DNA of 64,000 bases from an uncultured Armatimonadetes bacterium. GTDB taxonomy: Bacteria; Armatimonadota; Hebobacteria; Hebobacterales; Hebobacteraceae. Under the pieces are notes generated by a model that was given only the letters and a program-made list of their open reading frames with translations, was not told the DNA's origin and made no database searches. Below, piece by piece: positions 47,231 to 56,857 of the stretch. A program made the position numbers and the translations under genes. Each line of letters starts with the position of its first letter. Position 1 is the first letter of the stretch. The stretch is taken from NCBI GenBank assembly GCA_963716175.1, contig OY970296.1, forward strand, positions 480,001 to 544,000, in the 5' to 3' direction.

Positions 47231-48268
47231 ATGAGGATCGGGGTGCTGACCGGAGGCGGGGACTGCCCGGGCCTGAATCCGGCGCTTCGCGCCATCGTCA
47301 TGCGCGCCCTGGATTACGGCGACGAGGTGGTGGGGCTCCGCCAGGGGTGGCTGGGATTGTTGGAGGCGGATGCCACGCCCCTTTCCGTGGAGGTGGTGGA
47401 CCCCATCATCAACCAGGGCGGCACCATCCTCGAGTCCTCTCGCACCAACCCCACGCGGGACGAAGAGCGCATCCGGCAGTGCCTGGCGAACGCCAAGGAG
47501 CTTCGCCTGGACGCCCTCGTCGCCCTGGGCGGGGAGGATACCCTGGGGGCGGCCCACAAGCTCTGTCAGCACGGCCTGTGCTGCGTGGGCGTGCCCAAGA
47601 CCATGGACAACGATCTCAATGCCACCGACTACACCTTCGGCTTCGACAGCGCGGTCGCAGTGGCGGTGGATGCCGCTGATCGCCTCAAGGATACCGCCCG
47701 CTCCCACCGCCGCGTGATGGTATTGGAGGTGATGGGCCGGCACGCGGGATGGGTGGCGCTCCACACCGGGGTATGCGCTGGCGCGGACTGGGTCCTGATC
47801 CCCGAGGTCCGCTTCGACCTGGAGGAGATGATCGCTCACCTCAAGCGGGTGATCGCGCGAGGCAAGCACTGGGGTCTGGTGGTCGCCTCCGAAGGGGTCA
47901 AGCTGCCCCGACCGGAGAGCGGCGCGGGGTCCGCCAGCAAACACGAGCGGGACGAGTTCCGGCACGATCTGCTCAGGGGGGTTGGAGAGTACCTGGCCGC
48001 TCAGATCAAGGACCATGCCGACATCGAGACCCGGGCCACGGTGTTGGGGCATATTGTCCGGGGCGGGGCGCCCACGCCCTTCGACCGCTGGCTCGCCACG
48101 CGGGTCGGGATCAAGGCCGTCGAGCTCGTGCACGAGGGGCGGTTCGACCATATGGCCGCGCTCCAGGGCAACCAGATCGTAGGCGTTCCACTGGAGGCGG
48201 CAGTGGGGGAGTTGAAGCTTGTGCCGGTCGAGCTTTACCGAGAGGTGAAGACCCTCTTCAGCCGATAG
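47231..48268 (+). CDS. pfkA: 6-phosphofructokinase, PfkA family with PPi-type signature residues
   Basis: TGGGDCPGLN, GGEDT, PKTMDND, EVMGR, LGH..RGG. Confidence 0.93.
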   Translation: MRIGVLTGGGDCPGLNPALRAIVMRALDYGDEVVGLRQGWLGLLEADATPLSVEVVDPIINQGGTILESSRTNPTRDEERIRQCLANAKELRLDALVALGGEDTLGAAHKLCQHGLCCVGVPKTMDNDLNATDYTFGFDSAVAVAVDAADRLKDTARSHRRVMVLEVMGRHAGWVALHTGVCAGADWVLIPEVRFDLEEMIAHLKRVIARGKHWGLVVASEGVKLPRPESGAGSASKHERDEFRHDLLRGVGEYLAAQIKDHADIETRATVLGHIVRGGAPTPFDRWLATRVGIKAVELVHEGRFDHMAALQGNQIVGVPLEAAVGELKLVPVELYREVKTLFSR

Positions 48269-48368
48269 GCCATCGGTTCGGGCGCGCCAGTGGGGGCGGC
48301 CGGAGACGGCGCGCAGGCCGGCCGCCTCAACGCGGGAGTCAGGCCACTAACTAGTGGGAGGGCTGCAC

Positions 48369-49418
48369 ATGCCGTTGGTCACATCCAAGGAGCTGTTGCG
48401 TTCGGCGCAAGCCGAGGGTTATGCCATTGGCGCCTTCAACGCCAACAACATGGAATGCGTGCGGGCCGTGATCGAGGCCGCGGAAGAGGAACGCGCCCCC
48501 GTGATCCTGCAGGTGAGCCAAGGCGCGATCAAGTATGCCGGCCTGCGGATGGCTACGGCGATGGTCAAGACTGCGGCTGAGGAAGCCAGCGTGCCGGTCG
48601 TGCTCCACCTCGACCATGGCACCAGTTTCCTGCAGAATGTGCAGTGCCTCCACGCCGGGTTCACTTCGCTGATGTACGATGGCTCGGCCGAGCCCCTGGA
48701 GAAGAACATCGCCACCTCGGCCCGCATCTGCGAGATTGCCCACTGCTGCGGCCTCCCGGTGGAAGCCGAGCTCGGCAAGATCCCGCTGATCGAGGATTTC
48801 GTGAGCGCGGAGGAGGCAAACGAATTGCGCCGCCGCCCGCCGGCCGAGCAAGTGGATGCGCTCCGGAAGAAGGCCGGCCCCAAGGTGGAGTCACTGATGG
48901 CCGACCCCCGACAGGCGAAGGCCTTCGCGGAGCAGACCGGAATTGACTCTCTCGCCGCGGCGGTGGGATCTATCCACGGGATGTGGGACGACATCTGGCC
49001 TCTGCGGCGGGACCGCATCGAGGCCCTGCGCCAGGCCACCGACCTGCCCCTGGTCTGCCATGGGAGCAGCGGGGTGATCCGCACCCGGGCCGATGCCAAG
49101 GCGAAGGGCATTGCACTGGGCCCCGATGAGTGCACCCTGGAGGAGGCGGTCAAGCTCGGCATCTGCAAGGTCAACGTGGCTACCGCGGTGAGCATGGCCT
49201 TCCTCGGCGGGGCCCGCCAGGCCTTCGACCAGAAGCCGATGGAGAAGGACCTGCGCAAGATCCTGTTGCCGGGGCTGCAGGCGGCCAAAGAGCTGGTGCG
49301 CAGCTACATCCGCCTCTTCGGCGCCTCCGGGCGGGCCGCAGGCAAGAAGCGCGGTGGAAGCCAGCTCCGTGCAGCACGCCGAATAGCAGTCTCACCCCAT
49401 CCCATCCGTTGGAGGTAA
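48369..49418 (+). CDS. fba: Class II fructose-bisphosphate aldolase
   Basis: GAFN, HLDH, SLMYDGS, EAELG, GSIHG, HGSSG, KVNVAT. Confidence 0.92.
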   Translation: MPLVTSKELLRSAQAEGYAIGAFNANNMECVRAVIEAAEEERAPVILQVSQGAIKYAGLRMATAMVKTAAEEASVPVVLHLDHGTSFLQNVQCLHAGFTSLMYDGSAEPLEKNIATSARICEIAHCCGLPVEAELGKIPLIEDFVSAEEANELRRRPPAEQVDALRKKAGPKVESLMADPRQAKAFAEQTGIDSLAAAVGSIHGMWDDIWPLRRDRIEALRQATDLPLVCHGSSGVIRTRADAKAKGIALGPDECTLEEAVKLGICKVNVATAVSMAFLGGARQAFDQKPMEKDLRKILLPGLQAAKELVRSYIRLFGASGRAAGKKRGGSQLRAARRIAVSPHPIRWR

Positions 49419-49423
49419 GGAGA

Positions 49424-51742
49424 TTGAAGCAGAGACTGATCTGGTTGTGGCTGGTGGGGCTCGTCGCGGTGCCCAGCTTCGCCTTCGCCGCTGAGTCGGG
49501 GGTGCAGCTTCCGCCGTTCTCTCAGAGCGACTGGCTGCTGATCTACGTGGTGTTAGCCTCGGCCTTCGTCGCCCTGTTGTACGGCGGCTACCTGGCCCGC
49601 AAGACCACGCGCCACAACCCTGGCTCCGAGGCGATGCAGGAGGTGAGCGCGGCCATCCAGCAGGGGGCCATGGCCTACCTCGGGCAGCAGTTCCGCCTGA
49701 TGATCTGGTTTATCGCGATCATCGCCATCGCCCTCTTCCTGCTCTACCGCAACGTGCTGGGCGCCACCCTGGCCGGCGGCATCTCCCTGGCCTTCCTGAT
49801 GGGGGTATTCGCCTCCTATGGCGCGGGCTATGTGGGCATGGGCCTGGCCGTCCGGGGCAATGCCCGGGTGGCCCACGCTGCTCTCTCCAGCTTCAAGCGC
49901 GCGCTCGAGATCGCCTTCCAGGCCGGCACGGTCTCGGGCATGTTCACCACCGGGCTGGGCCTGCTGGGCGCCACCCTCATCTTCATCATGTTCAAGGAGA
50001 ACGCGATGAAGGTGTTGATCGGGTTCGGCTTCGGGGGATGTCTCGCCGCGCTCTTCATGCGAATCGGCGGCGGCATCTATACCAAGGCCGCCGACGTGGG
50101 GGCCGACCTGGTGGGCAAAGTGGAGGCGGGCATCCCGGAGGACGATCCCCGCAACGCCGCCACCATCGCCGATAACGTCGGGGATAACGTGGGCGACTGC
50201 GCCGGCATGGCCGCCGATGTCTTCGAATCCTACGAGGTGACCCTGGTGGCGGCCATCATCCTGGGGGTCGCCGCCGCCCTCACCCCCGTGGGCCAGGTCT
50301 TCGGCGTCAAGCTCGTCGTCTACCCCTTGCTGGTGCGCGCTATCGGCGTCTACGCCTCCATCATCGGCACCTGGTTTGTGCGGGGCCGGGATGATGAGGC
50401 GATGGACCCCATGCAGCCCATCAACGTGGGCTTCTGGACCTCCGCTCTCCTCGCCTCCGTCGGCTTCGGTGTGGTCTCCATGATCTATCTGAAGGATGTG
50501 CGCTTCTTCATCGCCACTTTCATGGGGATCATCCTGGTGCTGATCATCGGACGGCTGACGGAGTACTTCACCTCCACCGAGAAGAGACCGGTGACCGAGA
50601 TCGCCTATGCCACCCGCACCGGCACCGCCACCATGCTGCTCACCGGCCTGGCGGAGGGGCTGGAGTCCAGCGTATGGGCGATCATCGCCATCGCGGTCAC
50701 CATGTTCGGGTCCTTCCTCATCTTCCGGGAGCCGATCATGGCCTTCTACGGGATCTCGCTCGCCGGCCTCGGCCTGCTCACCACTACCGCCTTCATCCTC
50801 GCCATGGACACCTTCGGGCCCATCACCGACAACGCCAACGGGGTGTTCGAGATGTCCGGCGCGCTGAAGCAGCCGGGGACTGAAGGCGCCCATCGCATCG
50901 TGGCTCGCCTGGACGCGGTGGGCAACACCACCAAGGCCCTCACCAAGGGCTTTGCCATCGCCACCGCGGTGATCGCCGCCACCTCTTTGTTCGGCTCCTT
51001 CGTGGAGGACGCGGGACTGACCAGACTCGGCATCCCGGTCAACTACCCCGTGGTGTTCATCGGGCTGCTGATCGGGGGCGCGGTTCCGTTCCTGTTCTCA
51101 TCCTTTGCCATCCGGGCGGTGAGCCGCGCGGCCGCGCTGCTGGTGGAGGAGGTGCGGCGGCAGTTCCGCGAGATCCCGGGCATTATGGAGGGGACGGCCA
51201 AGCCGGATTACGGTCGCTGTGTCAGCATCAGTACGGCGGCCGCCCAGAAGGAGCTGATCGGGCCCGGCATTCTCGCCATCTTCACCCCGCTGCTGGTGGG
51301 GTTCGGCCTGGGCTACTCGGACCCGAAGGTCGGGGCCGCCGCGCTCGGCGGCTATCTTGCGGGTGCCATCCTCACCGGGCAGCTCATGGCCGTGTTCATG
51401 GCCAACACCGGCGCTGCCTGGGACAATGCCAAGAAGAAGATTGAGGATGGCCTGTTCGGCGGGAAGGGCACGGAGTTCCACAAGTCGGCGGTGACTGGCG
51501 ACACGGTCGGCGATCCCCTGAAGGACACGGCTGGCCCCGCGCTGAACCCGCTGATCAAGGTCATGAACCTGGTGGCCATCCTGGCGGTGCCGGTCACGGT
51601 GAGCGCCATCTCTGCCGGGGTGCGCGCTGCCATCGTGCTGGTCTGCCTCGCTCTGCTCATCGGCGCTGTGACCTTCAGCAAGCGCAAGGGCGCCTACCAG
51701 CTGGCAGCCGCGCCGACGAGTGAGGCCGCGAAGAGCATTTGA
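49424..51742 (+). CDS. hppA: Membrane-bound pyrophosphatase, K+-independent H+-pumping type
   Basis: DVGADLVGKVE, EDDPRN, DNVGDNVGD, GNTTKA (Lys variant), GDTVGDPLKDT. Confidence 0.93.
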   Translation: MKQRLIWLWLVGLVAVPSFAFAAESGVQLPPFSQSDWLLIYVVLASAFVALLYGGYLARKTTRHNPGSEAMQEVSAAIQQGAMAYLGQQFRLMIWFIAIIAIALFLLYRNVLGATLAGGISLAFLMGVFASYGAGYVGMGLAVRGNARVAHAALSSFKRALEIAFQAGTVSGMFTTGLGLLGATLIFIMFKENAMKVLIGFGFGGCLAALFMRIGGGIYTKAADVGADLVGKVEAGIPEDDPRNAATIADNVGDNVGDCAGMAADVFESYEVTLVAAIILGVAAALTPVGQVFGVKLVVYPLLVRAIGVYASIIGTWFVRGRDDEAMDPMQPINVGFWTSALLASVGFGVVSMIYLKDVRFFIATFMGIILVLIIGRLTEYFTSTEKRPVTEIAYATRTGTATMLLTGLAEGLESSVWAIIAIAVTMFGSFLIFREPIMAFYGISLAGLGLLTTTAFILAMDTFGPITDNANGVFEMSGALKQPGTEGAHRIVARLDAVGNTTKALTKGFAIATAVIAATSLFGSFVEDAGLTRLGIPVNYPVVFIGLLIGGAVPFLFSSFAIRAVSRAAALLVEEVRRQFREIPGIMEGTAKPDYGRCVSISTAAAQKELIGPGILAIFTPLLVGFGLGYSDPKVGAAALGGYLAGAILTGQLMAVFMANTGAAWDNAKKKIEDGLFGGKGTEFHKSAVTGDTVGDPLKDTAGPALNPLIKVMNLVAILAVPVTVSAISAGVRAAIVLVCLALLIGAVTFSKRKGAYQLAAAPTSEAAKSI

Positions 51743-51776
51743 CCGGGCCGGCCCGCTGGGGGAAGGAGCGGTTGCG

Positions 51777-52040
51777 ATGTCGCGCAGCGGGAAGCAGGGG
51801 GTGCAGGCCTTCGTCCTGCTGGAGGCGAAGCCCGGCAAGGCACTCGCCGTCAGCCGCCAGCTCGCGAAGATCAGGGGGGTCAGCGCCAGCTATGCCGTCA
51901 CCGGGCCTTTCGATGTCATCGTCCGCGTCGAGGCCCCCGACTTCAAAACCATCGCTCAGCTGGTGGTGGCAAAGGTCCAGGCCCTCGCCAATGTGGGGCG
52001 CACTGTCACCTGTATCGTGGTCGAGGGCAGCGAAGCCTAG
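51777..52040 (+). CDS. Stand-alone Lrp/AsnC ligand-binding domain protein
   Basis: AFVLL, VTGPFDVIV, V.RTVT; 87 aa with no HTH. Confidence 0.85.
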   Translation: MSRSGKQGVQAFVLLEAKPGKALAVSRQLAKIRGVSASYAVTGPFDVIVRVEAPDFKTIAQLVVAKVQALANVGRTVTCIVVEGSEA

Positions 52041-52079
52041 CGCTGGTCAGCGCCCGAGCGGGGCGTGGGCTCAGGCCCG

Positions 52080-53159
52080 GTGAGCGCGCCGATCCCCAGA
52101 GTTGACCTGATGGGCCTGCTGCCAGAGGAGCTCGCGCTCTTCCTGCGCGGCCTCGGGCAGCCCGCCTACCGCGCGCGCCAGGTCCTGACCTGGCTGCACC
52201 GCGGCGCCTCTTTCGAGGACATGACCGACCTCCCGCAGGCGCTTCGCAGCCGCCTCGCCCTGCTCGCCTCCCCTGGAACCCTCGCGCTCGCCGCCAGGGA
52301 GAATGCGCCTGACGGAACCGCCAAGTTCGCGTTCCGCACCTCGGATGATCAGATCATCGAGAGTGTGCTCATCCCGCACCGCGGCCGCACTACCGTCTGT
52401 GTCTCCAGCCAGATCGGGTGCGCTTACGGCTGCCAGTTCTGTGCCACCGGACAGCAGGGCCTGACCCGCAGCCTCACCGCGGGAGAGATCGTCGTTCAGG
52501 TGGTGCGGGTGCAGCAGGTAGTCAGGCCGGCACGGATCACCAACGTGGTGTTCATGGGCATGGGGGAGCCACTAGCCAACTACGATGCGGTGATCAAAGC
52601 GGTTCGCTTGCTGCATCATCCCGAGGGTCTGAACATCGGGGCTCGGCACATCGCCATCTCCACCTGCGGTCTGCCCGACCAGATCCGCCGCCTGGCGGGA
52701 GAAGGCCTCCCTCTGGCACTAGCGATTTCCCTCCACGCCGCGACCGACGAAGTCCGCACCCCGCTGGTTCCCATCAACGCCACTTATCCCATCGCCTCTG
52801 TGGTCGCCGCCGCCAGAGAGTATGCCCGGCGCACCGGTCGCAAGGTGGCCTTCCAATATGTGGTGTTGCCCGGGATCAATGACACCCAGGAGCAAGCGCG
52901 CCGGCTCGCCGCGTTGACCCGGGGTCTGCCGGCGATGGTCAACCTCATACCCCAGAACCCGATTCGCCCCACCGCAAGGCCGGAGGCGGATGCTGCGGTT
53001 CGCTTCGCCCGCTTGCTGGAGCCGCGCGGCCTGGCAGTAGCAGTGCGGAAGTCACGCGGCGCGGAAGTGCTTGGGGCCTGCGGGCAACTGCGTGGCCGGC
53101 TGGCTGGCCAAAACAAAGCCGGGCGAGCGCCCGCTCGCCCGGCCAGAAGTCAGAGCTAG
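52080..53159 (+). CDS. rlmN: 23S rRNA A2503 C2-methyltransferase RlmN
   Basis: CVSSQIGCAYGCQFCATG, MGMGEP, SLHA, GACGQL. Confidence 0.93.
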   Translation: MSAPIPRVDLMGLLPEELALFLRGLGQPAYRARQVLTWLHRGASFEDMTDLPQALRSRLALLASPGTLALAARENAPDGTAKFAFRTSDDQIIESVLIPHRGRTTVCVSSQIGCAYGCQFCATGQQGLTRSLTAGEIVVQVVRVQQVVRPARITNVVFMGMGEPLANYDAVIKAVRLLHHPEGLNIGARHIAISTCGLPDQIRRLAGEGLPLALAISLHAATDEVRTPLVPINATYPIASVVAAAREYARRTGRKVAFQYVVLPGINDTQEQARRLAALTRGLPAMVNLIPQNPIRPTARPEADAAVRFARLLEPRGLAVAVRKSRGAEVLGACGQLRGRLAGQNKAGRAPARPARSQS

Positions 53160-53160
53160 C

Positions 53161-53922
53161 TCACCTGGCGACCAGGATCAGACCCCAGAGGACTGCGGCC
53201 GCCAGGAAGGTCCCGGCATTCCGCTCCCGCCGTTCATGCGCCACCTGGGCGTCCACCGCCCAGCGCGGCCCGTTGCGGGTTACCGTGACATCGTCGCCCA
53301 CGAGCACGTTCCCGCCCGGCACCTTCCGGTCCACGCGCACGATGGCATCGACATCTTTCACGGTGATGACCCGGCCCTCCCCAACCTTCTCGCCGGCCCG
53401 CAGGAACGCTACTTTCGCCCGCAGCCGCAGGCCCTCATTGGAGCCGATGGTGATCCAGGCCTCGAGCTTCCTGTCATCGTAGTAGTAGATCGAACCCTTG
53501 GCATTGACACAGACCCCGAGATCCTCCATCGCCTGGCGGGCGGCCTTCCCCGCCGCCTCCGTCGCCGAAGGCGCCTCTGCCACGGCTTCCGCCTGATAGC
53601 GGAGGCCGCCAGTCGGCGGCGTCAGCTCAGCCACCAGTCTCACTTCTGCCTTCCCCCTGCTCAGTGAAGCGCTGGCGATGTCCGCCTCCAGGGCCCACGG
53701 CTGTGCTACCGAAGCCCGGACCTGTGGCATCGCCTGCGCCTGGGCGGTCAAGGTCTCGGTCACCAACCCCACCAGCCCCTCACCCGCGGCGCCCGCGGAG
53801 TTGTGCACCACCACTGTCGGAGGAGCGAGTTCAGCCGTCGGGGGCGCCGCCCACCCCAATGTCGCTAGCCCCAGGCAAAGGGCGACCACCAACAGGCCAA
53901 CCTTTCGCGTCTCTGTCCCCAT
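53161..53922 (-). CDS. Secreted or membrane-anchored hypothetical protein
   Basis: Signal peptide, beta-rich C-terminal domain (IGSNEGL..G..V), terminal hydrophobic helix; GAGGAGG RBS. Confidence 0.65.
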   Translation of the reverse strand: MGTETRKVGLLVVALCLGLATLGWAAPPTAELAPPTVVVHNSAGAAGEGLVGLVTETLTAQAQAMPQVRASVAQPWALEADIASASLSRGKAEVRLVAELTPPTGGLRYQAEAVAEAPSATEAAGKAARQAMEDLGVCVNAKGSIYYYDDRKLEAWITIGSNEGLRLRAKVAFLRAGEKVGEGRVITVKDVDAIVRVDRKVPGGNVLVGDDVTVTRNGPRWAVDAQVAHERRERNAGTFLAAAVLWGLILVAR

Positions 53923-53970
53923 TCTGTCCCTCCTCGTGGGCCGGCTCTCAAACCGAGAGGGACGCTGGTT

Positions 53971-54000
53971 TTGACAGCCAGCGCCCCCGGCCAGTATAAT
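53971..54000 (+). promoter_or_regulatory. Consensus sigma70 promoter for tsaE-tsaB-rimI
   Basis: TTGACA-N18-TATAAT. Confidence 0.75.
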
Positions 54001-54106
54001 CCGGCGTGCCATTCTGGGCTGAGGGTAAACGCAGGCACCCCGGCCTCGGACCGGTCCCTGTTCCGTGGGAGTTTATACCACATCCGGGCCGCTTCTTGTA
54101 CGGAGC

Positions 54107-54616
54107 ATGGCAGCGGTGGCATCCCAGGTCTCACAGCTCCTCCGCATCACCCGCTCGGCCGCCGGGACGCGTCGGCTGGGCCGCGCCCTGGCGCGCCACC
54201 TGGAGGCTGGCGACTTGCTCTGCCTGGTAGGCGAACTCGGGGCGGGGAAGACCACGTTCGTGCAGGGACTGGCCCAGGGCCTCGATGTTGCCGATGCTGC
54301 CACCAGCCCCAGCTTCACTCTCATGCACCACCATCAGGGGCGTCTTCCCCTGCTGCACCTGGACCTCTATCGCCTCGCCCCCGGCGATCTGGCCGACATC
54401 GGCCTGGAGGAGGTGATCGCCGGCGAGGCGGTGGTGGCTGTGGAATGGGCCGAGCGGCTCCCCCTCCCGCTCTGCGCCGATGGGCTTGCAGTGCTGTTTC
54501 GGTTCGGCGCCTCCGGCAGGAATGTGCGCGAGATCACCTTCCGCGGGCACGGGGCCCGCGCTCACCAGATCCTTCGCGAGATGGCCGAGGAATCGCATGC
54601 TCACTCTCGCCATTGA
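54107..54616 (+). CDS. tsaE: tRNA t6A ATPase TsaE
   Basis: GELGAGKTT, TSPSFTL, HLDLYRL, VEW. Confidence 0.95.
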   Translation: MAAVASQVSQLLRITRSAAGTRRLGRALARHLEAGDLLCLVGELGAGKTTFVQGLAQGLDVADAATSPSFTLMHHHQGRLPLLHLDLYRLAPGDLADIGLEEVIAGEAVVAVEWAERLPLPLCADGLAVLFRFGASGRNVREITFRGHGARAHQILREMAEESHAHSRH

Positions 54617-55295
54617 GACGGCCACCAGCCACACCAGTGTGGCGGTAGCCGATGAAGGGCGCGAGCTCTCGGCCTGGCGAGAGGTAACCGGCCAGGACCT
54701 ATGCCGTCGCCTGGCCGGCGAAGTGCACGGCGCGCTGAGCAGGTCCGGCCGCGGCTTCGCCGAGGTGCAGCTCTTGGCCGTTGGGCTGGGGCCGGGGTCG
54801 TTCACCTCGCTGCGGGTGGGCCTGGCCACCGCCAAAGGCATCGCCCTTGCTCGCGACGTCCCGCTGGTCGGCGTGTCCTCTTTGCAGGCGATGGCCTGGC
54901 AGTTCCGCTCCCGGCTTTCAGGCCTGGTCTGCCCGGTGCTGGACGCCAAGCGCCGGGAACTCTACGCCGCGATCTGCCGCGTGAGCGCACGCGAGGTCGA
55001 GGTGATTGAGAAGGAGTTCGTGGCCTCCCCCGCCGACCTGGCGGCGCGGCTGGCCCTGCTCCCCGAGCCGGTCACTGTCTTCGGGGAGCTGGATCAGCTC
55101 TCGCCAGAGGACCGCGCTCACCTCAGCGGCCTGGCTCCGCCAGAGCCAGCCTGGCCAGATGCCTCCGCCATTGCCGACCTGGGCCGCCGCCGCTATGCCG
55201 AGCGGGGCGCCGACGAGATCAGCCCACTGCGCCCCATCTACGTGCGAGTCTCCTATGCTGAGGAGAGCCACCACCTTGACCTCGGGCTGCGATAG
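54597..55295 (+). CDS. tsaB: tRNA t6A protein TsaB
   Basis: LAIETAT, GPGSFTSLRVG, LDAKRRE, PIYVR. Confidence 0.95.
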   Translation: MLTLAIETATSHTSVAVADEGRELSAWREVTGQDLCRRLAGEVHGALSRSGRGFAEVQLLAVGLGPGSFTSLRVGLATAKGIALARDVPLVGVSSLQAMAWQFRSRLSGLVCPVLDAKRRELYAAICRVSAREVEVIEKEFVASPADLAARLALLPEPVTVFGELDQLSPEDRAHLSGLAPPEPAWPDASAIADLGRRRYAERGADEISPLRPIYVRVSYAEESHHLDLGLR

Positions 55296-55329
55296 GGAGA
55301 GCTGGCTGGCCTCGGTCTCGATCCAGCCC

Positions 55330-55779
55330 ATGAGGCGGCAGGACGTAGAGGCCGTCCGGGAGATTGACCGCCTCTCCTTCCCCTCCGCCTGGAGCGCGGA
55401 ATCCTATCTGCGCGACCTGCGCAATCGCAACTCCCACTACGTCGTGGCGCGGTTAAACGGAGAGATCATCGGCTATGCCGGCATGTGGCTGATTGCCGAT
55501 GAGGCGCACATCAGCACCCTGGCGGTTCATCCCACCTATCGCGGCCGAGGCCTTGGCAGGCGCATGCTTGCCCATCTCCTGGGGGTGGCGCAGGAGCGCG
55601 GCGCCACCGAGATCACGCTCGAGGCACGAGAGGCCAACCTGGTGGCGCGCAGGCTCTATGAGGAGTTCGGCTTCCAGTCCCGAGGCTTCATCCCCCATTA
55701 CTACGGCGATACCGGCGAGAATGCCGTGGTGATGGGCAAGAAGCTGCCCGCGACGGATGATCGCGATGGACCGCGGTGA
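55330..55779 (+). CDS. rimI: Ribosomal protein alanine N-acetyltransferase RimI
   Basis: EAHISTLAV, RGRGLG, LE.R..N..A..LY, YYGDTGENA..M; start may lie slightly upstream. Confidence 0.92.
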   Translation: MRRQDVEAVREIDRLSFPSAWSAESYLRDLRNRNSHYVVARLNGEIIGYAGMWLIADEAHISTLAVHPTYRGRGLGRRMLAHLLGVAQERGATEITLEAREANLVARRLYEEFGFQSRGFIPHYYGDTGENAVVMGKKLPATDDRDGPR

Positions 55780-55866
55780 CCAAGAGGTGGAGGCTGAGGG
55801 CAGGTACTAACAAGGCCGGGGTCGAACGGGTTGACTGATGCGCCTGCGGGCCGATAGCATACTAAC

Positions 55867-56226
55867 ATGATGCCGCAGCAAGCAGAGGGCAGCGAGGCCG
55901 AGACAGGCCCGGCGCGGGCGCGGGTGCAGCGCATGCTGGCGCGCTACCTTGCGCGCGGCCGCTACCGGCTCAACCCGGATCTGGTGACAGTCGAGCACGT
56001 CGTGGCCGGCCTCACGCGCAACCTGATCGGGCACGGCCGCTGGTATTGCCCTTGCCGGGAGGTGACCGGCGACCCGGAGCGAGACCGCGCCAATATCTGT
56101 CCCTGCCCTCAGCATCACGCGGACATCGCCCGCGACGGCGTGTGCGAATGCGGGCTGTTCGTGAGCGAGCAGTACGCGCCCGCGCAGGCCACGGCCGCGC
56201 AGGACACAGGTGAAAAGGAGGCATGA
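55867..56226 (+). CDS. Ferredoxin:thioredoxin reductase catalytic (beta) subunit-like protein
   Basis: YCPCR, ICPC..H, CECGLF motif triad. Confidence 0.9.
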   Translation: MMPQQAEGSEAETGPARARVQRMLARYLARGRYRLNPDLVTVEHVVAGLTRNLIGHGRWYCPCREVTGDPERDRANICPCPQHHADIARDGVCECGLFVSEQYAPAQATAAQDTGEKEA

Positions 56227-56789
56227 TGGCGTTCACACTGGCAATCGGCGCGAAGGGCCCTGACTTCAACCTCAAGGGAGTAGACGGGAAGACGCAGCGC
56301 CTCTCGGACTATGCCGACAAGAAGGCGGTGGTGGTGATCGCGAGCTGCAATCACTGCCCGACAGTGGTCCAGTACGAGGATCGGATGGTCGCGCTCCAGC
56401 GCGACTACGCTGACAAGGGAGTCCAACTCATCGCCATCAACGGCAATGAGACCGATGGCCATCCCACTGATGATTTCCAGCACATGGTCGAGCGCGCCAA
56501 GCAGAAGAAGTTCAACTTCCCTTATCTGCGCGACGACACCCAGGAGGTGGTCCGCGCCTACGGCGCCACCCGCACCCCGGAGGTGTTCCTGCTGGGGCCC
56601 GACCGCACCTTGATCTACCATGGCCGGATAGACGACAACGCCGACAACCCGGGAAAAGTGAAGCGGCACGACCTGCGGGTCGCGCTCGACGAGGTGCTGG
56701 CTGGCAAGCCGGTGAGCGTGCCCAAGACCACGCCGGTGGGCTGCACTGTCAAGTGGTGGGGCAAAGACCCCCACTGGATGCCCAGCTAG
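56223..56789 (+). CDS. Thioredoxin-fold AhpC/TSA-like redoxin
   Basis: CNHCP, FPYL.D.TQ, GATRTPE, YHGRIDD, GCTVKW. Confidence 0.92.
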   Translation: MMAFTLAIGAKGPDFNLKGVDGKTQRLSDYADKKAVVVIASCNHCPTVVQYEDRMVALQRDYADKGVQLIAINGNETDGHPTDDFQHMVERAKQKKFNFPYLRDDTQEVVRAYGATRTPEVFLLGPDRTLIYHGRIDDNADNPGKVKRHDLRVALDEVLAGKPVSVPKTTPVGCTVKWWGKDPHWMPS

Positions 56790-56794
56790 TAACT

Positions 56795-56847
56795 GTAGGG
56801 CGGCACCTCCTGACGCCACGCGGCGCGGTCGGGAGACCGCGCCCTAC
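56795..56847. repeat. Inverted GTAG-type REP pair
   Basis: GTAGGGCGGC...GCGCGGTCGGGAGACCGCGCCCTAC between convergent genes. Confidence 0.7.
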
Positions 56848-56857
56848 AGGCAGGGCC

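Noticed and set aside
52080-53159. Cfr-type resistance methyltransferase
   Set aside because: The housekeeping context and host-like composition fit RlmN; nothing in the sequence points to Cfr, though a phylogeny would be needed to exclude it formally.
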